Origin: Acidobacteriota bacterium
GTDB lineage: Bacteria > Acidobacteriota > Terriglobia > Terriglobales > Acidobacteriaceae
Direction of reading: 5' to 3'
Length of the DNA: 64,000 bases
Assembly: GCA_021792795.1 (NCBI GenBank)
Contig: JAJYUB010000005.1
Span: forward strand, 28,673-92,672
Positions 25,061 through 34,899 of this stretch are shown one piece after another. The first letter of the stretch is position 1; the number at the start of each line of letters is the position of its first letter. The notes under the pieces are model-generated. The model searched no databases. It worked only from the letters and a program-made list of their open reading frames with translations, and was not told where the DNA came from. The position numbers and the translations under genes are program-made.

Positions 25061-27268
25061 ATGCAGAATCGTTACCTGGAAAATCGCTGGGACAAGAAAA
25101 TTGCCGCAACGTTGAACGAACCTGGACTTCTCCGCTATCGCTCCAACCTGCTTGGCTCCGATCTGCGCATCACCAATTACGGCGGCGGAAACACTAGCGC
25201 CAAAGTGACCCAGCCCGACCCCCTCGATGGAAACCCCAGGAAAGTGCTCTGGGTCAAAGGCAGTGGCGGCGATCTTGGCACCATCGAGACCAGCGGATTC
25301 GCCACTCTTTACCTCGAAAAATTCTACGATCTCACCGGGGTCTATCGCGGAGTCGCGCATGAAGACGACATGGTTGCCTTGTATCCGCTGTGCGCGTTTG
25401 GCCGAAACACTGTGGCCGCATCGATCGATACACCGCTGCACGCGTTCCTCCCTGCCCTGCATGTTGACCATTTGCATCCCGACTGGGGAATCGCACTGGC
25501 CGCGGCAGCGAATGGCGAAGAACGCATGCAGGAATTCAATCGTCGCTTTAACCGCCAACTGGTTTGGCTCCCCTGGCAAAGGCCAGGTTTTGAGCTGGGC
25601 TTGATGCTCAAGCGCGCGGTCGAGTCGAACCCGAAATGCGACGGAATCGTGCTCGGCGGGCACGGATTGTTTTCCTGGGGCGAAACATCGGAATCCTGCT
25701 ACCGCAACACCCTTGAACTCATCGATCGACTCGGTCAGTTCGTGCAGGAGCACGTTGACGCAGTCGGCGACAAAATTTTCGGAGGCGCGCTCTGTTCCAC
25801 CCGCGAAGACCATGGGGCCATCGCCATCGATTCGCTGCCCTTCCTGCGCGGCCGGCTTTCAACGGCACTGCGAGTCATTGGCAACTACTCTGCCCTGCCC
25901 GAAGTGCAGCGATTCGTGAATTCCAAAGACGCAGAAAAACTCGCCTGGCTGGGCACCAGTTGCCCCGATCATTTCGTTCGGACCAAGGTCCGGCCCCTCT
26001 TTGTCCGCTGGGACCCATCGCAGAACTTGCCGCAGTTGCGCACTGCTTTCGACCAGGGGTTGGAACAATACCGTCGTGATTATGCCGCCTACTATCAGGC
26101 CCACGCGCTTCCAGATTCGCCGGCCATGCGCCCTGCGAATCCAGCGGTGGTGCTGGTCCCAGGAGTCGGCATGTTCAGCTTTGCCAAGAGCCGGACCGAG
26201 GCCCGCCTTGCCTCCGAGTTCTACGTGAATGCCATCCATGTGATGGAAGGGGCCACCGCCCTCGCCGATTCAAACGCAGGCGAGAAGGAGACGGTGGAAT
26301 GCCCCCAGGCTGGCCCCGCGGCTCCTTCGTCGGCGTTTCAGTGTCATTCCAACTACGTCGCGCTGCCCACGCGGGAGGCGTTTCGAATCGAGTACTGGGC
26401 GCTCGAAGAAGCCAAGATTCGCCGTCAGCCGCCGGAGAAATCGATGAGCCGCCGCATCGCCATGGTCGTCGGCGGCGGCAGCGGCATCGGGCGCGAGGTC
26501 GCGCTGTTGGCGGGCGCCGGCGGCGCGACTGTCGCCGTTGCCGATCGCAATGTTCCTGCCGCCGAAGCCGTCGCCACAGAACTCCGCAAACGCCATGGCG
26601 CTGATTCTGCCCAAGCGATCGAGATCGACATCACAAAAGAAAGTTCCATCCAGGCTGCGCTGCGGTCGGTCATCTCCCTTTGCGGAGGTCTCGACCTGCT
26701 CATCAACACGGCAGCCCTTTTTCCAACATCGGCAGACAATACAACTTCCCCGACGCAATGGGGAAAGACGCTTGAGATCAACGTGACCGCCAATTATTTT
26801 CTTGCCGAGCAGGCGGCGCGCATTTTCCGCGAACAGGGCCTGGACGCGAGCATCGTGCTGACCAGTTCCGCCAACGCGGTGGTCCCGAAGCGCGGCAGCG
26901 AAGCGTATGACGTCAGCAAGGCCGCCGTCAGCCATTTGGTCCGCGAGCTTGCCGTTTCACTGGCGCCGCTGGTCCGCGTCAATGGCATCAGCCCAGCCAC
27001 GGTCATTCGAGGCTCGACAATGTTTCCGCGTGAACGTGTCATCGCGTCGCTGAAGAAGTACGACATCCGCTTCGACGCCGCAGCGAGCGACGATGACCTC
27101 CGCAATCTTCTGGCGGACTTTTATGCCCAGCGCACTCTTACCCATCAGCCAATCGATCCTGTCGACTGTGCTCACGCGATCCTGTTCCTCGCTGGCCCGG
27201 AGGCGCGCTGCACCACCGGCCACATCCTTCCTGTCGATGGTGGACTGACGGAGGCATTTCTGCGGTGA
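25061..27268 (+). CDS. rhaEW: Bifunctional rhamnulose-1-phosphate aldolase / short-chain (lactaldehyde) dehydrogenase
   Basis: The N-terminus MQNRYLENRWDKKIA...LLRYRSNLLGSDLRITNYGGGNTSAK...VLWVKGSGGDLG is a class II aldolase domain. The C-terminal SDR domain has MVVGGGSGIGRE and YDVSKAA. Confidence 0.85.
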   Translation: MQNRYLENRWDKKIAATLNEPGLLRYRSNLLGSDLRITNYGGGNTSAKVTQPDPLDGNPRKVLWVKGSGGDLGTIETSGFATLYLEKFYDLTGVYRGVAHEDDMVALYPLCAFGRNTVAASIDTPLHAFLPALHVDHLHPDWGIALAAAANGEERMQEFNRRFNRQLVWLPWQRPGFELGLMLKRAVESNPKCDGIVLGGHGLFSWGETSESCYRNTLELIDRLGQFVQEHVDAVGDKIFGGALCSTREDHGAIAIDSLPFLRGRLSTALRVIGNYSALPEVQRFVNSKDAEKLAWLGTSCPDHFVRTKVRPLFVRWDPSQNLPQLRTAFDQGLEQYRRDYAAYYQAHALPDSPAMRPANPAVVLVPGVGMFSFAKSRTEARLASEFYVNAIHVMEGATALADSNAGEKETVECPQAGPAAPSSAFQCHSNYVALPTREAFRIEYWALEEAKIRRQPPEKSMSRRIAMVVGGGSGIGREVALLAGAGGATVAVADRNVPAAEAVATELRKRHGADSAQAIEIDITKESSIQAALRSVISLCGGLDLLINTAALFPTSADNTTSPTQWGKTLEINVTANYFLAEQAARIFREQGLDASIVLTSSANAVVPKRGSEAYDVSKAAVSHLVRELAVSLAPLVRVNGISPATVIRGSTMFPRERVIASLKKYDIRFDAAASDDDLRNLLADFYAQRTLTHQPIDPVDCAHAILFLAGPEARCTTGHILPVDGGLTEAFLR

Positions 27269-28818
27269 ACACTCCGGCTGATCGGCGGGCAGCAGTTGCA
27301 GTTGACTTGGGCGCCCAGAGTTGCCGTGTGTCGCTGCTTCGCTGGCTCTCAGAAAGTCCCAGCATTCAACTTGTCCATCGAGTGACAAACGCCCCCGTTT
27401 TCAGCGCGGGCCATCTGCGCTGGAATCTTTCTCTGCTCTGCGCGGCCGCGGACGAAGGCATGCGCCGTTGCGCGGCGATCGCAACGGAAGGCATTGCGTC
27501 TGTGGGCGTCACCGGGTGGGCGGTGGATTATGTGCGGCTCAACTCTGGCGACGCCGCCATATCCTCCTGTTCCACGCGCCTGACGCCGATCGCCGATCCA
27601 TTCTGTTATCGAGATCCACGCACTGGACCCGCGATGGAAGCGCTGCATGCGCAGATTCCAGCCGACCGACTCTACGCGCTCACCGGAATCCAGGTCCTTC
27701 CTCTGAATACGCTGTACCAGTTGTATGCGGACGGCATGGCAGGCATTTCAAGCGATCTTCCCTGGCTCAATCTGCCGGAATATCTGCTCTATCGCTGGGG
27801 CGCGAAGCCGGTTGCCGAGTATACGAATGCCACCCACACCGGCATGGTCTCTCTGGGCAAGCAGCATTGGTCGGAAGAGATTTTTAAGGCCGCCGGCTTG
27901 AACATTTCCGCGGCCCCAGAGATCGTCCCGCCCGGTTCCATCGTCGGCCGCCTGCAAGGCCCGCTGGCCGAATTGGATGCCTTTCGCGACACCCTGCTGA
28001 TTGCGCCCGCCTGTCACGACACCGCGTCTGCCATCGCGGGCATTCACGCGCAAGGCGACGACTGGGCCTATATCAGCTCAGGAACATGGTCGCTGGTCGG
28101 TACCTTGCTCGATCGACCGTGTGCCGGCCTGGAATCCGCCCGGCTGAACTTCACCAATGAGGGCGGGGTCGGCGGGAAAATCAACTTTCTGCGCAACGTC
28201 AACGGTCTGTGGCTCCAGGACCAATGCATTGAAACCTGGAAGTCGGACGGCGAACTGCGCACAGCCGAACAACTGATCGCAACAGCCGCTGCTCTACCCT
28301 CTCCGCAGGCATTGCTCGATGTGGACGACCCGCAATTGCTTGCGCCAGGGCGAATGCCGGAGCGTATCGCCGCGCAGTTGAAACAAAATGGCGTCGATGC
28401 GAATGCCTTCCTCTCGTCGCCCGCAGCCACGATCAATCTCATTCTTCACAGTCTCGCGGCGCGTTATACGGCCGTGCTACATCAGGTCGAATCGCTGACC
28501 GCAAAACATTTTCAACGTCTTTACGTCGTCGGCGGCGGCAGCAGAAATACCTTACTGAACCAACTCACCCAGCAGGCCACTGGCCTCCAACTAATTTGTG
28601 GAGCGCAAGAGAGCTCCACTCTGGGCAATTTTTCTATTCAACTCGCAGCCCTGGAAAGAATGCACGGTCACAGAGCAGGCGAGTATCGTGGGGGGGTGGA
28701 GCAGAATGGCGTCGATTGCGAGGCTGTCTCTCTCTGGGCAGGAATGCTTGCGGATCCACGAGTGCAGGCGCAATCGACCAATGAATCCAACCGTTCCCCC
28801 GCATCACAGGCACGATAG
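27265..28818 (+). CDS. rhaB: Rhamnulokinase (FGGY carbohydrate kinase)
   Basis: AVAVDLGAQSCRVSLL, GVTGWAVDYV, CYRDPRT, GIQVLPLNTLYQL and YVVGGGSRN are present. The GTG start overlaps the rhaEW stop (GTGA). Confidence 0.8.
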   Translation: MNTPADRRAAVAVDLGAQSCRVSLLRWLSESPSIQLVHRVTNAPVFSAGHLRWNLSLLCAAADEGMRRCAAIATEGIASVGVTGWAVDYVRLNSGDAAISSCSTRLTPIADPFCYRDPRTGPAMEALHAQIPADRLYALTGIQVLPLNTLYQLYADGMAGISSDLPWLNLPEYLLYRWGAKPVAEYTNATHTGMVSLGKQHWSEEIFKAAGLNISAAPEIVPPGSIVGRLQGPLAELDAFRDTLLIAPACHDTASAIAGIHAQGDDWAYISSGTWSLVGTLLDRPCAGLESARLNFTNEGGVGGKINFLRNVNGLWLQDQCIETWKSDGELRTAEQLIATAAALPSPQALLDVDDPQLLAPGRMPERIAAQLKQNGVDANAFLSSPAATINLILHSLAARYTAVLHQVESLTAKHFQRLYVVGGGSRNTLLNQLTQQATGLQLICGAQESSTLGNFSIQLAALERMHGHRAGEYRGGVEQNGVDCEAVSLWAGMLADPRVQAQSTNESNRSPASQAR

Positions 28819-28839
28819 CGCCCATCGAGGAAATCGTCT

Positions 28840-30057
28840 ATGACTACGCTTGGCCCATCCGATTCAAACGCAGCGAACATTGCCGACCATCTGTCGAAAC
28901 ATCTGGACCGCTTTGCGATTGAGGTCCCATCGTGGGGCTTCGCCAACACCGGCACCCGCTTCGGAAAATTTGTGCAGCCGTCGGCCGCCCACACCCTGGA
29001 AGAGAAATTCGCGGATGCCGCCCAGGTCCATCAATTGTCCGGCGCCAGCCCCAGCATGGCGATGCACGTTTTGTGGGATTTCCCCAATGGCATCCGCGAT
29101 GTCGCCAAAGTTTGCGACCTAAGCCGGCACTATGGCATCCGCGCGGGGGCTATCAACCCAAATCTTTTTGAGAGCCAGAACTACAAGTTCGGCTCGTTCG
29201 GCAATCCTGACGCTGCCATTCGCCAGCAGGCGCTCGACCACGTGCTGGAATCCGTTGCCATCGCCCGCGAGATGAACAACGCCGATCTTTCTCTCTGGTT
29301 CGCCGACGGATCCAACTATCCCGGCACGCAAAACATTCGCCACCGCATCGACTGGTTTCAAGAGGGTCTGTCCAAAACTCATGCCGCGCTCGCGCCCGGC
29401 CAACGCATGCTGGTGGAATACAAACCGTTTGAGCCGGCGTTTTACCACACGGACATCGCCGACTGGGGCATGGCGCTGTTGTTCGCTCGCGCCGCCGGCC
29501 CGCAGGCATTCGTCCTCGTCGACACCGGCCATCACTATCAGGCGCAAAATATCGAACAGGTCCTCGCCTGGCTGCAACATGAAAAAATGCTCGGCGGTTT
29601 CCACTTTAACGATCGCCGCTATGCCGATGACGATCTCACCCTCGGCTCCATCGATCCCTATCAGGTCTTCCGCTTGTTCCATGAAATCTTGTCGTACCAC
29701 TCGGAGCATCCCGAGGCTGCCGCGCCGGCCTACGTCGTCGACCAAAGCCACAACCTGAAAAACAAAGTGAAAGCCATGCTGCAGACGGTGCTGACCGCGC
29801 AGGAACTGTATGCGAAAGCCTGCCTGGTCGATCACGCCCAACTGGCAAAGATGCAAAGCGAATGTCGCCTGGTCGAGGCCGAGGAATGTTTGCGGTCTGC
29901 CTTCTGGACCGACGTGCGGCCCGCGCTGCGGCAATGGCGACGCGAACGCGGCCTCGCCGAAGATCCGCTTCAGGCGCTCCGCGACAGCGGCTATATCGAA
30001 CGCGTTGCCGCGGAGCGCGGCAGCAAGAACAAGAACGCCGTTTCCAGTTACGCGTGA
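28840..30057 (+). CDS. rhaI: L-rhamnose isomerase (RhaI, actinobacterial/Pseudomonas stutzeri type TIM barrel)
   Basis: FAIEVPSWGFANTGTRFGKF...EEKFADAAQVHQLSG...MHVLWD...FGNPD...WFADGSNYPG is present. Confidence 0.85.
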   Translation: MTTLGPSDSNAANIADHLSKHLDRFAIEVPSWGFANTGTRFGKFVQPSAAHTLEEKFADAAQVHQLSGASPSMAMHVLWDFPNGIRDVAKVCDLSRHYGIRAGAINPNLFESQNYKFGSFGNPDAAIRQQALDHVLESVAIAREMNNADLSLWFADGSNYPGTQNIRHRIDWFQEGLSKTHAALAPGQRMLVEYKPFEPAFYHTDIADWGMALLFARAAGPQAFVLVDTGHHYQAQNIEQVLAWLQHEKMLGGFHFNDRRYADDDLTLGSIDPYQVFRLFHEILSYHSEHPEAAAPAYVVDQSHNLKNKVKAMLQTVLTAQELYAKACLVDHAQLAKMQSECRLVEAEECLRSAFWTDVRPALRQWRRERGLAEDPLQALRDSGYIERVAAERGSKNKNAVSSYA

Positions 30058-30096
30058 GCAAGCCACGGCGCATCGACCCGCGTTACACTGGAGAAC

Positions 30097-31236
30097 ATGA
30101 AAAAAATCACCCGGCGTACATGTATGGTGGGGCTTGCGAGTCTTCCGATTGCCAGCCAGTTGTCCTGGTCGGCCAACCCGCGCGTGAAACGAATTTACAT
30201 TGGCGCCTACACCAAGAAAAGTAGCCATGGTATCTACGTCTATCGTTGGATGCCCGAGTCAGGCGAGATGGCGGAGATCGGTCTCGCCGCCAAGACGCCC
30301 AACCCGAGTTTCCTGACCCTGACTCCAAACCATAACGATTTGTACGCGGTGAATGAGCAGGACAATGCTACCGGCAACGTCTCTGCGTTTGCGATCGACC
30401 AAGCGACCGGCAAGCTGTTGCCAAAAAACGTCGTTCCATCCGGCGGCTCCGCTCCTTGCAATCTGACCACAGATCACACGGGCCAGGCCCTGTTCGTGGC
30501 GAATTACAGCAGCGGCAGCGTGTCCAGCTATCGGATTCTTCCCGGCGGAAGTCTCAGTCAACCTGTTTCCAACATTTTTTTCAAGGGCCACAGCATTGAC
30601 CCTGAACGCCAGAAAGAGGCGCACACGCACTGCACGACTGTGTCCCCTGAAAACAAATACATGCTGGTGAACGATCTCGGGCTGGACCGCATCATGGTGT
30701 TTCACTTCGGTCCGAAGACCGCGAAATTGGTCCCCAACGACCCACCGTATTACAGCGCCACTCCTGGCTCCGGTCCGCGAAATCTTGCGTTCCATCCCAA
30801 CGGAAAATGGGCCTATTCCATCGCCGAAATGGGCAGCATCGTGGAGTGCATGAACTGGGACGGCGCCAAGGGAACGCTCACTCGCTTCCAGGTCATCTCA
30901 TCGCTCCCCAAGCAGCACATATCGCCCACCTATGCGGCCACCGTTCAGGTCCACCCCAACGGACGTTTCCTGTATGGATCCAATCGCGGTGACGACAGCA
31001 TCACGGCTTTTTCGATCGACCCCTCGAATGGCCACCTCACATTGATCCAACGAATTTCCTGCGAGGGCAAGAGTCCGCGCCATTTTGCCGTGGCACCCGG
31101 CGGCAAATGGCTGGTGATTGGAAATCAGGACTCTGCGAACATCGTCGTCTTGAAGTGCGACCCCCAGACCGGGAAGCTGGCGTCGGCCGGCAGGCAGTAT
31201 GCGCTCGACTCTCCAGTCTGCGTCGTCTTCGACTAA
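30097..31236 (+). CDS. Secreted 7-bladed beta-propeller lactonase-family protein (6-phosphogluconolactonase/3-carboxymuconate cyclase-like)
   Basis: Signal-like N-terminus MKKITRRTCMVGLASLPIASQL. Repeats such as LYAVNEQDN..VSAFAI, LFVANYSSGSVSSYRI, MLVNDLGLDRIMVFHF and LYGSNRGDDSITAFSI are present. Confidence 0.75.
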   Translation: MKKITRRTCMVGLASLPIASQLSWSANPRVKRIYIGAYTKKSSHGIYVYRWMPESGEMAEIGLAAKTPNPSFLTLTPNHNDLYAVNEQDNATGNVSAFAIDQATGKLLPKNVVPSGGSAPCNLTTDHTGQALFVANYSSGSVSSYRILPGGSLSQPVSNIFFKGHSIDPERQKEAHTHCTTVSPENKYMLVNDLGLDRIMVFHFGPKTAKLVPNDPPYYSATPGSGPRNLAFHPNGKWAYSIAEMGSIVECMNWDGAKGTLTRFQVISSLPKQHISPTYAATVQVHPNGRFLYGSNRGDDSITAFSIDPSNGHLTLIQRISCEGKSPRHFAVAPGGKWLVIGNQDSANIVVLKCDPQTGKLASAGRQYALDSPVCVVFD

Positions 31237-31256
31237 ATAAAGAGAAGAGAATCTGT

Positions 31257-32216
31257 ATGCGAGTTGGAGTCTTCACCCCGCTGCTGGCACAGCTACCGCT
31301 GCAAGACGTACTGACGAAACTGAAGACGCTTCATATTTCCACCGTCGAACTCGGCACAGGAAATTATATCGGCGACGCACATTGCAAATTGTCCATGCTT
31401 GAAGACAGCGAACAGCTTGCCGAGTTCAAGGGAATACTCGCGGACCGAGGCTGCGGCATCAGCGCCCTTAGCTGCCACGGAAACCCGCTGCATCCCAACC
31501 AGGCACGCGCGCAACTGGCCCGAGAGACCAGCCGAAAAACGATCCTGCTCGCAGAAAAATTAGGCGTCCCGGTTGTCGTCGACTTTTCAGGCTGTCCCGG
31601 CGACTCGCCGCAATCAACCGCGCCCAATTGGGTCACCTGCCCCTGGCCGCCGGATTATCTCGACGTTCTCGATTGGCAGTGGAACGAAGTCGTCGCACCC
31701 TACTGGATCGAGCAGGGCGCGTTCGCGGCGCAGCACAATGTGAAGATCGCAATCGAGATGCATCCCGGTTTTGTCGTATACAGCCCGGAGACCATGCTGC
31801 GGCTGCGCTCGATCGCCGGGCCTGCGGTTGGATGCAATTACGATCCCAGCCACATGTTCTGGCAAGGCATCGACCCCATCGCCGCCATCCGCGTGCTGGG
31901 AGACGCCATCTTTCACGCGCATGCCAAAGACACTCAACTGTATCCTGCAAATCTGCCACGGACTGGGGTGCTGGATACAAAGCCCTACATCGACGAGCGA
32001 AATCGCGGTTGGATTTTTCGTACCTGCGGCTATGGCCACGGAGCGGAATGGTGGAAAGAATTCGTCTCCACATTGCGGATGTTCGGCTACGACGGCGTGC
32101 TCTCCATCGAGCACGAAGATAGCCTAATGTCTCCCGAAGAGGGGCTGACCAAGGCGGCACAGTTTCTGCGCGAACTTGTCATTGAACGACAGCCCACCGC
32201 TCCCTGGTGGGCCTGA
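31257..32216 (+). CDS. Sugar phosphate isomerase/epimerase (xylose isomerase-like TIM barrel)
   Basis: The ATG at 31257 gives MRVGVFTPLL... with KIAIEMHPG, NYDPSHMFWQG and LSIEHED. Confidence 0.8.
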   Translation: MRVGVFTPLLAQLPLQDVLTKLKTLHISTVELGTGNYIGDAHCKLSMLEDSEQLAEFKGILADRGCGISALSCHGNPLHPNQARAQLARETSRKTILLAEKLGVPVVVDFSGCPGDSPQSTAPNWVTCPWPPDYLDVLDWQWNEVVAPYWIEQGAFAAQHNVKIAIEMHPGFVVYSPETMLRLRSIAGPAVGCNYDPSHMFWQGIDPIAAIRVLGDAIFHAHAKDTQLYPANLPRTGVLDTKPYIDERNRGWIFRTCGYGHGAEWWKEFVSTLRMFGYDGVLSIEHEDSLMSPEEGLTKAAQFLRELVIERQPTAPWWA

Positions 32217-32275
32217 TCGGTTTCACGCATTTTGCAGCCGGCGACCGCAGGCAAACCGTCGCCTAAGGAGCGGAG

Positions 32276-33433
32276 TTGAAGCGAATTCGGACAGCAATTT
32301 TTGGAACGGGATTCATGGGCCGCGTGCATCTGGAAGCGCTTCGCCGCGTCGAGGGTGTCGACGTCGTTGCCATCGCAGGACGAGAGCTGGCCTCGGCGCA
32401 GCGGCTTGGCGCGGGCTACGGCATCGAGAAATTCGAGTCGGACTATCGCAAGATATTGAGCGATCCCAGCATCGATGCGGTCCACATCTGCACCCCGAAC
32501 GCTCTTCACTTCTCGATGACGAAGGACGCCCTGCTGGCCGGTAAACACATTCTCTGCGAGAAGCCGCTTTCCACATCGATTGAAACCGCGGAAGAACTCG
32601 TCAACCTCGCCAACAACCGGCATCTGCGAAATTGCGTATGCCACAACCTCCGCTATTACCCAATGGTGCAGCAAATGCGCCGCATGCGCGAGGATGGCGA
32701 TCTTGGCCGAATTCTGATGGTCCAGGGCAACTACCTGCAGGATTGGCTCCTGGATGAGGCCGCCTGGAACTGGCGCATCGATTCCGACGCAGGCGGACAG
32801 TTGCGGACCATGGGCGATATTGGCACCCACTGGTTCGATATGGCCGAGCACGTCACAGGGCTGCGAGTTCGCTCCCTTTGCGCGGACCTCGAAACGTTTT
32901 ACCCGACGCGCCAGCGGCCCGCAAAGAACGTTCAGGCTTCCATTGCGCAGCTAGCGGCGGCTCCTGCCGCCGCCGGCGAACACGTCACAGTCGCCACGGA
33001 GGATTTTGGAGCTGTCGTCTTCCAAATGGACGCGGGAGCGCGCGGCACAATGACAGCGTGTCAAATGGCCGCTGGACGCAAGAATCAACTGCGAATGGAA
33101 ATTTTTGGGACCAAAGCATCGGTCGGTTGGAACCAGGAGCGTCCGGACGAACTATGGGTTGGACATCGCGACAGCGCGAACAACATCTACATCAAGGACC
33201 CTGGACTGATGAAGGAGAAAGCACGCAGCTATGCGGACCTTCCCTGCGGACATAGCGAAGGCTACGACGACACGTTCAAGCAAGTCTTTCGCCGATTTTA
33301 TGCATCGATCGGGCAGCCGGGTTCCCCGGCTGAATATCCCCAACTGGTAGACGGGTTGCGGCACATGCTCCTGATGGATGCCCAGTTGAAGAGCCATCGC
33401 ACGCGGCAGTGGGTCGATGTCAAAGCCCTCTAG
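32276..33433 (+). CDS. Gfo/Idh/MocA-family oxidoreductase
   Basis: The TTG start is preceded by GGAGCGGAG. IRTAIFGTGFMGRVH, VHICTPNALH and LCEKPLS are present. Confidence 0.85.
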   Translation: MKRIRTAIFGTGFMGRVHLEALRRVEGVDVVAIAGRELASAQRLGAGYGIEKFESDYRKILSDPSIDAVHICTPNALHFSMTKDALLAGKHILCEKPLSTSIETAEELVNLANNRHLRNCVCHNLRYYPMVQQMRRMREDGDLGRILMVQGNYLQDWLLDEAAWNWRIDSDAGGQLRTMGDIGTHWFDMAEHVTGLRVRSLCADLETFYPTRQRPAKNVQASIAQLAAAPAAAGEHVTVATEDFGAVVFQMDAGARGTMTACQMAAGRKNQLRMEIFGTKASVGWNQERPDELWVGHRDSANNIYIKDPGLMKEKARSYADLPCGHSEGYDDTFKQVFRRFYASIGQPGSPAEYPQLVDGLRHMLLMDAQLKSHRTRQWVDVKAL

Positions 33434-33562
33434 CGTCGAATGCCAGACTCCCCGGTTTGAAGCGCGCCGCGCAATGACCGGATTGATTCTTTGTAAGTTC
33501 GAGGCCCGATTGCCTTCGCAACCCACATGTGTCGGCTTCCGCCAGATGGGGATGACATAAGG

Positions 33563-34495
33563 ATGGAAAATTTTCGGCTCAAGGTATTTCGAATCGTTGC
33601 TCAACACCTGAACTTCAGCCGCGCCGCGGAAGAGCTGTCCCTGTCCCAACCTGCCGTCACCCAGCAAATCAAGACCCTTGAAGATGAGTATGGTATTCCC
33701 CTGTTCGATCGAAGCGGCGGGCGCATTGCGCTCACGCCTGCCGGTATGGCCCTTCTGCCTTACGCGAATCGATTGAAGGCAATCTCGGATGAAGCCTATG
33801 AGATCGTGACCGGTACAGGCGGCGACCACGCGGGAAAACTCGCGCTCGGCGCGTCACAAACCATCGGGCAATACCTTCTGCCCCGGCTTGTTGCTGCGTT
33901 CCTCCGCGAGAATCCACGGACCGCGATCACTGCCATGAGCGGCAACACCGACGAAATGCTGGCAGCTCTCACCACCGGCAGGATCCAGTTGGCGATGATT
34001 GAAGGCCCTGGATTACGCAAAGATGTTCATCTTGAACCGTTCATGGAAGAGCAGATGGTCCTCGTTGTCCCCGCCAGCCACGAGTGGGCCGATCAAGAAA
34101 TCGATGTGGATGCGCTGAAGCAAGAGCATTTGCTGATGCGCGAGTTCGGCTCGGGATCGCGCCGGGTAGTCGAAGGGGCATTAGCGAAAGCCGGCCTGAA
34201 AAAGAAGGACCTCAAGACCACCATGGAACTCGATTCGACGGAAGCGCTGCTGAGTGCCGTGGAAGCAGGCCTCGGGGTCACTTTCGTGTCCCCCTGGGCA
34301 GTGCGGAACCAACTGACTCTGGGTACCCTTCGGCTCGCGCGAGTGAAAAAACTTCGACTCGCTCGCATGTTCTCTCTGGCCTATCCAGTAGGCCCGGAGC
34401 CCAGTGGAAATGCAGGGGCCTTTCGGCGCTTCATCCTGCACCGTTCCGCCGAACTCGTTCCGCGGGTGACCGGAAAGGCCCGGAGCAAGGCCTGA
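33563..34495 (+). CDS. LysR-family transcriptional regulator
   Basis: The ATG at 33563 gives MENFRLKVFRIVAQHLNFSRAAEELSLSQPAVTQQIKTLEDEYGIPLFDR. Confidence 0.9.
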   Translation: MENFRLKVFRIVAQHLNFSRAAEELSLSQPAVTQQIKTLEDEYGIPLFDRSGGRIALTPAGMALLPYANRLKAISDEAYEIVTGTGGDHAGKLALGASQTIGQYLLPRLVAAFLRENPRTAITAMSGNTDEMLAALTTGRIQLAMIEGPGLRKDVHLEPFMEEQMVLVVPASHEWADQEIDVDALKQEHLLMREFGSGSRRVVEGALAKAGLKKKDLKTTMELDSTEALLSAVEAGLGVTFVSPWAVRNQLTLGTLRLARVKKLRLARMFSLAYPVGPEPSGNAGAFRRFILHRSAELVPRVTGKARSKA

Positions 34496-34555
34496 AATCC
34501 GTCGGAACATAGTGGCTTTTCACCCTCCTTTTTGATCGGCAGCCCTCTTGACCGC

Positions 34556-34580
34556 CTCACAAGTTTGCAACACTTGTGAG
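34556..34580. promoter_or_regulatory. Perfect 9-bp inverted repeat CTCACAAGT-N7-ACTTGTGAG between lysR and the GH36 gene (operator or terminator-like hairpin without a U tract)
   Basis: Read directly. It lies 61 nt after the lysR stop and 320 nt before the GH36 ATG. Confidence 0.3.
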
Positions 34581-34899
34581 CGTTTCCGCGCCAGCCAGTC
34601 CCATGTTAGCGTGATATCGGACAAAAATGCGAAGGAAAAGATTCTTTATGAGCACTCGAAGGGTATAATTCGTAATCAATCGGGTTATACTCGCAATGCG
34701 ATCGCAGGATTTCTTCGGGCCTGTCAAACGTTTCTCAATGATTTGCACAACTTGCCCCTTCGCCTTCATGCTCTCCGAAGGATTTCTCAGGTTCGACGCC
34801 GCCGAATGGTCCCCCCTCCATTGGCGATACAAAACGAGACGTATCCGGCACGGACCGACCGTTGAATGCAGGTCGCCAGATCTAATGACCTTTTTTCGA

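Noticed and set aside
23755-25813. Large minus-strand ORFs 23755..24894 and 24905..25813 (also 29119..30228, 39274..40419, 41330..42391, 45470..46747, 47434..48558, 49958..51892, 54038..55105, 22061..22966, 15219..15965, 17871..18857)
   Set aside because: All lie antisense to genes with strong family motifs, and their translations are dominated by R, G, H, Q, D and V with no domains. They are shadow ORFs.
32204-32213. 10-nt match CTGGTGGGCC to the tRNA 3' end (43230-43239, same orientation) as a possible att repeat delimiting an 11-kb island
   Set aside because: Identity does not extend beyond 10 nt. The match lies inside the stop region of a coding gene, and no integrase lies inside the putative island. 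I judged it a chance match, although it is worth one look if comparative genomes show this block to be variable.
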